Assembly: GCA_035934055.1 (NCBI GenBank)
Contig: DASYYF010000022.1
Span: forward strand, 4,877-68,876
DNA from: Steroidobacteraceae bacterium
GTDB taxonomy: Bacteria > Pseudomonadota > Gammaproteobacteria > Steroidobacterales > Steroidobacteraceae
DNA length: 64,000 nucleotides
Direction of reading: 5' to 3'
Shown: piece by piece, positions 9,433-17,262 of the stretch
How positions within the stretch are numbered: position 1 is the stretch's first letter
Layout: every line of letters starts with the position of its first letter
Translations under genes and position numbers: made by a program
The notes under the pieces: generated by a model
What the model saw: only the letters and a program-made list of their open reading frames with translations
Told to the model about the DNA's origin: nothing
The model's database searches: none

Positions 9433-10758
9433 TTGAGCCCACTCATGTCGCTGCGCTCGGGCCAGGTCCGCACCGTCGTGCTGCTGTTCTGCGGGTACGC
9501 CGCCTGCTACTACTGCCGTGCGGATCTCTCGGTGGCGACTCCGCTGCTCGCCGACGCGCTCGCGCTGCACGGGCTGAGCCACGCCGAAGCACTGATCCAC
9601 ATCGGCACCATCACCTCCCTCGGGGTGTTCGCCTACGCGCTCGGGAAGCTGTTCCTCACCGGCCTCGGCGACTACTGGGGCGGACGGCGCAATTTCCTCA
9701 TCGGCGTGGGCGGCGCAAGCGTGTTCACGCTGCTCTTCGCCCTGGGTGGCGGGCTGCCGCTGTTCACGCTCGCCTGGAGCGCCAACCGCCTGACGCAGTC
9801 GGTCGGCTGGGCGGGCCTCATCAAGGTCTCCTCGAAGTGGTTCAACTACGCCTCTTATGGCTCGATCGCCGGTATTCTGAGCATCAGCTACCTGGTGGGC
9901 GATGCCGCCGCACGGCAGCAGATGGCGATGCTGCTCGCCCGCGGCTACGGCTGGCGCGCGCTGTTCGTGTTCGCGGGAGCCGTGGCGGCCGCCGCGCTGC
10001 TCGCCAATCTCCTGTGGCTGCGCGAGTCGCGAGTCGAGGAGGGCCATGCGGAGGCCGAGCCCAACCCCGCGCTCAACCTCTTCACCTCGGGCGAGGCGCG
10101 TCCGCCGAGCGTCGCGGCGCTGCTCCTGCCGCTGCTGAGGAGCCGCGCGTTCCTGCTCGTTTGCCTGCTGTCCTTCGGCTGCACGATAATCCGCGAGACG
10201 TTCAACACCTGGACGCCGGTCTATCTGCGGGACTTCGTGGGCTACAGCGTGAGCGACTCCGCCGGCGTCAGCGCGGTCTTTCCGGCCGTGGGAGCGGTGT
10301 CCGTCCTGCTCGCGGGCTGGCTGAGCGACCGCCTCGGTCCGACCGGCCGCTCGCTGCTCATGTTCCTCGGGCTCATCGGCGCCGCCCTGGCGCTGCTCGC
10401 GCTCACTTCGGTCCCGCCCGGCCCCTCCGGATCGCTGTGGCCGGTGATGCTCATCGCGGTCGTCGCCTTCGGTCTCCTCGGGCCCTACTCCTATCTCGGC
10501 GGCGCTTTTGCGCTCGACTTCGGCGGCAAGCAGGCGAGCGCGGCCTCCTCCGGCATCATCGACGGCATCGGCTATCTCGGCGGCGTGCTCGCCGGCGACA
10601 GCGTCGCGCGGCTGGCGATGAGGTTCGGCTGGCGCGGCGTGTTCGTCACGCTCGCGGCGGTGAGCGCCGCAGCGGCCGTGAGCGCCGGGTATCTGCATCT
10701 GCTGAATCTGCGGACCGCCGCGCTCAAGGCGGCTCGCGCGGCGCCCGCCCATGGCTAG
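9433..10758 (+). CDS. MFS transporter, organophosphate:Pi antiporter (GlpT/UhpC-like) type
   Basis: About 12 hydrophobic segments. N-terminus LLFCGYAACYYCRADLSVATPLL resembles the OPA family. The start could be TTG 9433 or ATG 9445. Overlaps the next gene by 8 nt. Confidence 0.8.
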   Translation: MSPLMSLRSGQVRTVVLLFCGYAACYYCRADLSVATPLLADALALHGLSHAEALIHIGTITSLGVFAYALGKLFLTGLGDYWGGRRNFLIGVGGASVFTLLFALGGGLPLFTLAWSANRLTQSVGWAGLIKVSSKWFNYASYGSIAGILSISYLVGDAAARQQMAMLLARGYGWRALFVFAGAVAAAALLANLLWLRESRVEEGHAEAEPNPALNLFTSGEARPPSVAALLLPLLRSRAFLLVCLLSFGCTIIRETFNTWTPVYLRDFVGYSVSDSAGVSAVFPAVGAVSVLLAGWLSDRLGPTGRSLLMFLGLIGAALALLALTSVPPGPSGSLWPVMLIAVVAFGLLGPYSYLGGAFALDFGGKQASAASSGIIDGIGYLGGVLAGDSVARLAMRFGWRGVFVTLAAVSAAAAVSAGYLHLLNLRTAALKAARAAPAHG

Positions 10759-11887
10759 CCCCGCGATCGCAACCCGCGTCTCGGCGACGCCGGAAGCGCT
10801 CACCATCGAGTGGCGGACCGGGGGCGCGAGCGAGTTCGCGAGCCTGTGGCTGCGCGATAACGTGCCTGAGGACCGCGATCCGGCGAGCGGCCAGCGTCTC
10901 CTCGACATCGCGGACCTGCCGGCCGCGCCGCGCATCCGTGCGGCGCGCTCCGACGACGGCCGCGTGCACATCGAGTGGGAAGGCGAGACACGCAGCGCGG
11001 CTTTCGAGCTCGGCTGGCTCGCAGCCCAGGCGGCCGGCGCCGCCGCGCAGCGCCCGGAGCTCTCCCGCCGGCTGTGGCTCGAGGGCGCGCGGCTCGATTC
11101 GCGCCGCGATTTCGCCTGGGCCGGGCTCGCCGCGGTGCGCAGCGAGCCGCGGGCGCGCCTCGAGTGGCTCACGCGCCTCGCGCAGGACGGCCTCGCGTTC
11201 CTCGAGACGGTGCCCTGCGACACCTCCGCCCTCCTCGGCGCGGCGTCGCTCCTCGGGCGCGTCGCGGAAACCAACTACGGACTCGCGTTCGACGTGCGCT
11301 CGGTGCCGCAACCGGAGAATCTCGCGTATTCCGACCTGGGGCTCGGCCTGCACACCGACAATCCCTACCGCGAACCGGTACCGGGCTTTCAGGCGCTGCA
11401 CGCACTCCTCACCTCGCCCGAAGGCGGCGACAGCCTGTTCGCCGACGGCTTCGCGCTCGCCGCGCACCTGCGCGAGAGCGCGCCCGACGCCTTCAGGCTC
11501 CTCACCACCACGGCGGTCCCCTTCCACTACCGCTCTGCCGACGCGGAGCTCTACGCGGCACGGCCGCTCATCCAGCTGGCGTGCGACGGCGAGGTGACGG
11601 CGGTCCACTACAACAACCGCTCGATCCGGGTCGCACCGCGCACGGCGCCGGCGTTCTACGCGGCCTACCGGCGCTTCGCCTCCCTGCTGCGCGAGGTGCG
11701 CTTCCAGCTGCGGCTGAAGCTCAAGGACGGCGACCTGGTCGTGTTCGACAACCAGCGGGTGCTCCACGGCCGCACCGCCTTCACCTCGGCGAAGCATGCG
11801 CGGCACCTCAGGGGCTGCTACCTGACGCGCGACAGCGTCTTCAGCGAGACCGGCCTGCTGCGGCGCAGGCTGACGGAGGCGAAGTGA
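10751..11887 (+). CDS. Fe(II)/2-oxoglutarate dioxygenase of the gamma-butyrobetaine-hydroxylase-like clade (candidate TmpA/PhnY-type phosphonate hydroxylase)
   Basis: N-terminal DUF971-like LTIEWRTGGASEFASLWLRDNVPEDRDPASGQRLL. HxD facial-triad region LGLHTDNPYREPVPGFQALHAL. Distal His in FDNQRVLHGRTAF. Confidence 0.8.
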   Translation: MASPAIATRVSATPEALTIEWRTGGASEFASLWLRDNVPEDRDPASGQRLLDIADLPAAPRIRAARSDDGRVHIEWEGETRSAAFELGWLAAQAAGAAAQRPELSRRLWLEGARLDSRRDFAWAGLAAVRSEPRARLEWLTRLAQDGLAFLETVPCDTSALLGAASLLGRVAETNYGLAFDVRSVPQPENLAYSDLGLGLHTDNPYREPVPGFQALHALLTSPEGGDSLFADGFALAAHLRESAPDAFRLLTTTAVPFHYRSADAELYAARPLIQLACDGEVTAVHYNNRSIRVAPRTAPAFYAAYRRFASLLREVRFQLRLKLKDGDLVVFDNQRVLHGRTAFTSAKHARHLRGCYLTRDSVFSETGLLRRRLTEAK

Positions 11888-12432
11888 GCGTCGCCGATGA
11901 GGTCGTCGCGATCTACGGGGCGCGCGGCGCGGGCGCGTACTTCGGCGAGCGCGTCTCCATGACCGAGCACGGTCTGCAGGCGGCCTGGTTCGCGCAGAAC
12001 GAGGGCGCGCCCGGGCCGCTCATCATCGCGGCGCTGCTGCACGACATCGGGCACCTGCTCGAGGCGGTGCCGGACGACCTCGCCGACTGGACCTCGGACG
12101 CGCACCACGAGGAAGTCGGCGCCCGCTGGCTTGCCGCACGCTTCGGCCCCGAGGTGAGCGAGCCGGTGCGCCTGCACGTGCCGGCCAAGCGCTACCTGTG
12201 CGCGACCGATCCCGATTACCTGCGGCACTTGAGCTCCGCCTCGGTCCACACGCTCAGGCTTCAGGGCGGGCCGATGTCGGCCGAGGAGACCCGCGCATTC
12301 GAGCGTGAGCCTCACTACCGCGAGGCGGTGCGCGTGCGCCGCTGGGACGATCAGGGCAAGGTCGCGGGGCTCAGGACGCCGCCGCTCGCGGCCTATGCCG
12401 GCATGCTGAATGCGGCGGCGCGCGCGCGCTGA
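11884..12432 (+). CDS. HD-domain protein of the PhnZ/TmpB (diiron oxygenase) type
   Basis: GTG 11884 overlaps the upstream stop (GTGA). AALLHDIGHLL, DAHHEEVGARWL, VRLHVPAKRYL and RRWDDQGK are ligand-like blocks. Confidence 0.8.
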   Translation: MSVADEVVAIYGARGAGAYFGERVSMTEHGLQAAWFAQNEGAPGPLIIAALLHDIGHLLEAVPDDLADWTSDAHHEEVGARWLAARFGPEVSEPVRLHVPAKRYLCATDPDYLRHLSSASVHTLRLQGGPMSAEETRAFEREPHYREAVRVRRWDDQGKVAGLRTPPLAAYAGMLNAAARAR

Positions 12433-12437
12433 CACCG

Positions 12438-13091
12438 ATGGACCTGGCGCTCGACAAGATCGCCTACATACCCTCGACCGGCGTGCGGCGCGTGCACGAC
12501 ACGCCGCTCGTCGCGGCGACCTCCGCGAGCCTCGAGGGCTACGGGTTGCTGGTGGAGGACCCGAAGACCTTCCCGATCGAGATCGTTCAGTGGCCGGCGC
12601 AGGGTTGGCGCGCGATCGATGCCGGGAGCGGCGACCAGGGCGGCGTCACCGAGGGTTTGTTCGAGTTCTGCTGGAAGGGCGAGACGCTCTACGCCCGCAA
12701 CCACGCGGTCGGCGACAGTTATCTCTTCGGCTGGAGCAACTGGCCGGAAGAGGCGGCAGGGACGAGCGACCGCAAGCGCGAGCGCGCCCTCATCTGGCGC
12801 GCCAACTATCACCCCGACGGCGGCCAGCTCTTCTATCCGCTCGACGGACAGAGCTTCGTCGTGCCGCTCGCGCTACCGGGCGACGACGTGACTCCCGATT
12901 CCTTCGTGAGCTTCTGGTGCGACGGCCGCCGGGCGCTCTACCTGCATCCGAACGTCTGGCACGGCGCGGTCGTGCCGCATGACGACGAAGCGCAGTTCCT
13001 CGACCGCCAGGGGCGCGTGCATGCGCGCGTCTCGGTCGATTTCGTCAAAGAGTTCGGCTGCTATCTCGGCGTGACGCTCCGCCGCCCATAG
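12438..13091 (+). CDS. Ureidoglycolate lyase (AllA) family / cupin-like protein
   Basis: Starts 5 nt after the HD-gene stop. Overall AllA-like pattern (SLEGYGLLVEDPKTFPIEIVQWP...ANYHPDGGQLFYP...LYLHPNVWHGAVVP). The family call is moderate. Confidence 0.65.
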   Translation: MDLALDKIAYIPSTGVRRVHDTPLVAATSASLEGYGLLVEDPKTFPIEIVQWPAQGWRAIDAGSGDQGGVTEGLFEFCWKGETLYARNHAVGDSYLFGWSNWPEEAAGTSDRKRERALIWRANYHPDGGQLFYPLDGQSFVVPLALPGDDVTPDSFVSFWCDGRRALYLHPNVWHGAVVPHDDEAQFLDRQGRVHARVSVDFVKEFGCYLGVTLRRP

Positions 13092-13107
13092 AGCGCGCGA
13101 CTGCCGC

Positions 13108-14034
13108 TCAGGCGCGCGGCTCGGCGAGCAGCTGCACCCAGAAGAGGCCGCGCCGTGAGGCGCGGCCCGGGGCGAGGCCGATCCCCATCTGCGCGAAGCG
13201 CGGGTCCATGATGTTCTCGCAGTGGCCGGGGCTTGCCAGCCAGCCCTTGACGACCTCTTCGACCGACTGCGGGCCGTAGGCGATGTTCTCGCCGACCAGC
13301 TGCTCGTGGTATCCGGCAGCGCGCACCCGGTCGGCGGGCGACTGGCCCGAGAGATCCTCGTGCTCGAAGTAGTCGTGCACGGCCATGTCGCTCGCGTGTC
13401 CGAGCGCTACGCCCGCGAGCGTCCCCGATAAGGTCAGGGGCGGCGCGGGTCCGAACGACTGTTTCCCGCACTGCGCTCCGCGGGCCCGTGCCTCGTTGAC
13501 GAGTTGCAGTGCGCGGGCCGCCATGGCCGGCGTCGCGCTCGCCGGAGCTGCGCTCCCCGCCGCCGGCGCGCTGACCGGCGGCCGGGCCGCGGGTGCGCCC
13601 GCGCGGGAAGGCGTCGCGGGTGCGCTGTAAGCCGCACCCGGCGCGGGCGACGACCACGAAGACACGAACGACGTCGCGAGCACCAGCCAGGTGTCCGCGC
13701 CGCGCCGGTAGATCCCCACCTCGCGCAGATCGCGGCTCGAGACGGCGCGGCACTCGGTGCGCCGCAGCCGCTCGATGAGCGCCTCGTCGGGGCCGCTGAC
13801 GCGCAAGCCCTGCGCGTTCGCATTGATCGAATGCCCGCCGGCCCACTGCTCGGCCGTCCGGTCGAGGGAGGGGTTGTGCCTGAGCGGTGGGGCGATCGGC
13901 ACGATGCCGCCGCAGCCGCCCTGGCGCAGCATCTGCACCACCGACAGGGCATCCGCGCGCGCCGCGGCAGCGGCGCTCAGCCCGGCCAGAACGATCAGAA
14001 GGCTCCATGGCGGGCAGGGGTTGACGCGATTCAT
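13108..14034 (-). CDS. Secreted CAP/SCP (YkwD-like) domain protein
   Basis: Signal peptide. C-terminal CAP block LQLVNEARARGAQCG...HASDMAVHDYFEHEDLSGQSPADRVRAAGY...GENIAYGPQSVEEVVKGWLASPGHCENIMDPRFAQMGIG. A degenerate second CAP-like region lies N-terminal. Confidence 0.8.
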   Translation of the reverse strand: MNRVNPCPPWSLLIVLAGLSAAAAARADALSVVQMLRQGGCGGIVPIAPPLRHNPSLDRTAEQWAGGHSINANAQGLRVSGPDEALIERLRRTECRAVSSRDLREVGIYRRGADTWLVLATSFVSSWSSPAPGAAYSAPATPSRAGAPAARPPVSAPAAGSAAPASATPAMAARALQLVNEARARGAQCGKQSFGPAPPLTLSGTLAGVALGHASDMAVHDYFEHEDLSGQSPADRVRAAGYHEQLVGENIAYGPQSVEEVVKGWLASPGHCENIMDPRFAQMGIGLAPGRASRRGLFWVQLLAEPRA

Positions 14035-14148
14035 CCGGGCGCTCCTCGGGTCAGGCTACGCGCACGAGGCTAACCAAAGGAACGCACCGCGGCTGTGGAG
14101 GATGACCGCTTCCCGGCGGTACCTGGTCACAGATTCGCGAGCTCGCCC

Positions 14149-15393
14149 CTAGGGCAGCGGGTGAATCCTCGTATTAAAGAGGTACGGATCGGCGAAGTCG
14201 GTCTCCTCGCCCGCCTTCCTCCCCGCGACCGGCAGCAGCCGCGCCGCGAGCGGCTTGTGCCATTTCCAGGCGAGCGCAGCGACATCGCCATAGATACGCT
14301 CGAGCTGCGCCTCGCTGACATCGCCGGGCAGCGGCACGGTGTCGATCCCGGTGGCGCACACGGCGGAGTAGGCGAGCAGCGCATCGATGTCGTAGGTCCC
14401 TTCGGCCCAGCGGCGCGCGAGGAGCTTGTCCTCCATCACCGGAACCATGAGGCCCGCGTAGCCGATCTGCCTGACCGGCACGGCCTTGACCGCCGTCGTA
14501 ATGACGAGCGCTGCCGTCATGGTGCCGCTCGAGCCGAACCTGGCCCCGGTGAAGGCCTCGATCGCGCCGCCGATCGAGACGTCGGCGAGCGGCGCCGGCG
14601 TCGGATCCACACCCATGAACGTCCAGCGGTGGCGGCTCGCCACCTGCGAGCCGATCGCCTCGGCGACTTTCGCATGCACGCCCAGCTGCCGCGTCAGCTC
14701 CGCAACGGCGGCGTCGAAGTCGCCGTGCGTGCGCGCAAACACCTCCTGCACCACGTTCGCGCCCTCGAATCCGATCGCGAGGCGCTCGCCGCCGCCGAGA
14801 TGGTAGGCGCCGGGATAGAAGGGTCCGTAGGGACCGAGCATCGCGGTCGCCGCGAAGTTGAACGTTCCCTGGCTGTGCGGGCTGTGGTCGGCGACGTAGC
14901 GCACCAGGCGGGCGGCCGCGCGGATCACCTTCCAGTGAATGCCATCGTCGGCGGCGATGATCGCGCTCGCATTGAGCTGCGAGAGCGTGCTCAGCGCCTC
15001 GCCGAGCAGCTCCATGGTGTGGGGATCGTCGCCGTCGTGCAGCATCGCCGGGCCGATGTTCGGCAGGAAATTCTCCCTGGCCGCGAGGTCGTCGAGCGCC
15101 TTGAGATAGCCGAGCGCTTGCGCATCCGACTGGCCGCGCAGGAGCCCGGCGAGCGGCTGGGTCGTGATGCGGACCGACTCGACCGTGTAACCCTGCTGCT
15201 CGAAGTCGCGCTGCGCCTCGCGCAGCACCGCGAGCGCCGCGGCGATCTGCCGCGCGTAATCGGCGCGCTCGAGGCTCACGAAGGCGGTGATGGCCCGGAC
15301 CTTGGGCCGGCTGTAATCGGCCGCCTGTGCCGCGGCTGCGCAGGCGGCCGCCAGCAACAACAGCGAGACCGCGGCGTACCGAACGCGGAACAT
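14149..15393 (-). CDS. DUF711 (UPF0210) family protein with signal-peptide-like N-terminus
   Basis: GVDPTPAPLADVSIGGAIE...SSGTMTAALVITTAVK...YAGLMVPVMEDKLL...AVCATGIDTVPLPGD aligns block by block with UPF0210 proteins. N-terminus MFRVRYAAVSLLLLAAACAAAAQAA. Confidence 0.8.
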   Translation of the reverse strand: MFRVRYAAVSLLLLAAACAAAAQAADYSRPKVRAITAFVSLERADYARQIAAALAVLREAQRDFEQQGYTVESVRITTQPLAGLLRGQSDAQALGYLKALDDLAARENFLPNIGPAMLHDGDDPHTMELLGEALSTLSQLNASAIIAADDGIHWKVIRAAARLVRYVADHSPHSQGTFNFAATAMLGPYGPFYPGAYHLGGGERLAIGFEGANVVQEVFARTHGDFDAAVAELTRQLGVHAKVAEAIGSQVASRHRWTFMGVDPTPAPLADVSIGGAIEAFTGARFGSSGTMTAALVITTAVKAVPVRQIGYAGLMVPVMEDKLLARRWAEGTYDIDALLAYSAVCATGIDTVPLPGDVSEAQLERIYGDVAALAWKWHKPLAARLLPVAGRKAGEETDFADPYLFNTRIHPLP

Positions 15394-15499
15394 GACGCCT
15401 CCCAGGAGTCCGGCCGGGCGTGTGCCGGCGGATTAGAGCATGAACCGGCGGAGTTTGCGCTTTGATACCCTAGGCCGCCTCGCGAAGGAGGAGCGTCTC

Positions 15500-15871
15500 G
15501 TGAGATTACCTGCAACGATCGTGGCCGCCGCAGCCGCCCTGGCTCTCACGGCCGCCGCACCCGGGCAGCCGGCGATGACCGCGGGCGACCTCGCCCAGCT
15601 CTGCAGCGGCTCGGATCATGTGAGCGTGAATGCCTGCCGCATCTACATCCTGGGAGTCACCCAGGGAATCGCGGTGGGCATCCGTATGGCCGCCGCGAAC
15701 CGCGCGGGCCGCCGCCCCTGCGTGCCGCCCTCGATCTCCGCCGAAGAGCTCGAGACGAGCTTGAAGAGCAAGCTCGCGGCGCTCGATTCGGACTCGGGGC
15801 AGCACGATGCGGCGGGATTCATCGGCGCGGCGCTCGCCGCGGACTTCCCCTGCCGGGGAGGCAGGCAATGA
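15500..15871 (+). CDS. Small exported protein, Rap1a/Tai-like immunity-protein fold (tentative)
   Basis: GTG 15500 is preceded by AAGGAGGA 8 nt upstream. Signal peptide VRLPATIVAAAAALALTAAAP. Cys pattern LCSGSDHVSVNACRIYILGVTQG...PCVPPSISAEEL...IGAALAADFPC. Confidence 0.45.
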   Translation: MRLPATIVAAAAALALTAAAPGQPAMTAGDLAQLCSGSDHVSVNACRIYILGVTQGIAVGIRMAAANRAGRRPCVPPSISAEELETSLKSKLAALDSDSGQHDAAGFIGAALAADFPCRGGRQ

Positions 15872-17181
15872 GCAGACTCGCTGCGATCGCCGCGGCCTGC
15901 GCGGCGCTCGGCGCTTCGTGCTCGAGTCTCGCCCAAAGCGGACCGGCTGGCCGTGACGGCATTTACCTGCCGACGGCCGTCACCCAGACGGAGGCCGACG
16001 AGTACACCCGCTACGAGCTGCTCGCGCCCGAGACGGCCAGCTTCCGCATCAGCTATGAGGTGACGGCGACGACTGCCGGAGCGAGGTTCTTCTACAACCC
16101 GATCCGCAAGGGCAGCGTCGCGAGCGACGAGAGCGTTTACGACGCGCATCTCGGAACGCCGCTGCATTTCGAGGTGGTGAGCGGCGCCGCGGCGCGTCAG
16201 GACCCCTTGATACCCGACGCGGATCCCGCGACCGACTACATCCGCATCACGCTCGCCGCCCCGGTGCCGGAGCGCGGCCAGGCGCGCCTCCTGATCCTCA
16301 AGACCTACAAGGACCCGAAGAGCTATTACCTCGACGGCAGGACGCTGGTGTTCGACCGGCCGCTCGGCATCAGGCGCAACAAGGTCGTGCTGCCGAGCGG
16401 CTACGAAGTCACCGCTCTCACCGTGCCCGCGCAGATCCGCACCGAACCTGACGGGCGGATTGCGGTGAGCTTCCTGCACGCGGGCGCAGGCGCTGCACCC
16501 CTCGAGGTGCGCGCGGTGCAGGACGCGCAGATCGCCGTGCCCAGGCCCTTCACGGCGCAGCGCAGCTGGGAATCACCCTTCGAGGGCGGCACGGAGGAGG
16601 AGCGCCTCGCCGAGCGCGCCCATCAGGACCGCGAGATCGTGTATTTCCTGCAGCAGCCCGAGACCCACGCGTTCAGCCTCTATCACGACTACACCGAGAC
16701 GCGCGCCGGCGTGAACGGCTACGCCAACGTGGTGCGCGCCGGGAGCGTGGCTAGCCACCCCTCGGCCACCAATCTCGACACCGGCGAAGCGCTCGAGGCG
16801 CGGGAGATGAGCGCAGCGGCGCTCGTCGCCTCGAAGATCAACGTCGGCGAGACGGTGCCGGCGGCCGCGCGGGTGGTGGTCATCCCGTTCGCGCCGGTCG
16901 AGAAGGGCCAGACGCTGCGCCTGCGCATTGCAGAGACCTACACGGCCCCGGTCAGCTACCGCCTGGACGGGGATGAGCTGGTGTTCGATCGCAGTCTCGG
17001 CCGGCCGCGCAATGCGGTGGTGCTGCCCTCGGGCTGGTACTGCACCTTCAGCGCCGCTCCCGCGACGGTGAGCCAGCTCCCCGACGGACGGGTAAGGCTC
17101 GACTTCTGGGACGATCGGCCGGAGGCGGTGGAGGTGTTGCTCAAGGCGCGCCGGCGGATTGCCGCAGACCGGAAGGAATAA
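15868..17181 (+). CDS. Exported protein built from two homologous ~190-aa domains, unknown function
   Basis: ATGA overlap with the upstream stop. Signal peptide AACAALGASCSSLAQS. Internal duplication (RKGSVAS...LILKTYKDPKSYYLDGRTLVFDRPLGIRRNKVVLPSGY versus RAGSVAS...RIAETYTAPVSYRLDGDELVFDRSLGRPRNAVVLPSGW). Confidence 0.6.
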   Translation: MSRLAAIAAACAALGASCSSLAQSGPAGRDGIYLPTAVTQTEADEYTRYELLAPETASFRISYEVTATTAGARFFYNPIRKGSVASDESVYDAHLGTPLHFEVVSGAAARQDPLIPDADPATDYIRITLAAPVPERGQARLLILKTYKDPKSYYLDGRTLVFDRPLGIRRNKVVLPSGYEVTALTVPAQIRTEPDGRIAVSFLHAGAGAAPLEVRAVQDAQIAVPRPFTAQRSWESPFEGGTEEERLAERAHQDREIVYFLQQPETHAFSLYHDYTETRAGVNGYANVVRAGSVASHPSATNLDTGEALEAREMSAAALVASKINVGETVPAAARVVVIPFAPVEKGQTLRLRIAETYTAPVSYRLDGDELVFDRSLGRPRNAVVLPSGWYCTFSAAPATVSQLPDGRVRLDFWDDRPEAVEVLLKARRRIAADRKE

Positions 17182-17200
17182 CACGGGGCGCGCGCGAAGC

Positions 17201-17219
17201 CCGGCGCTTTGCGCGCCGG
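17201..17219. terminator. Short GC stem-loop between convergent genes
   Basis: CCGGCGC-tttgc-GCGCCGG between the stops at 17181 (+) and 17263 (-). Confidence 0.3.
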
Positions 17220-17262
17220 ACCTCACGCACCGGGTCACGCACCGGGCTCCCGGTGTGGACCG

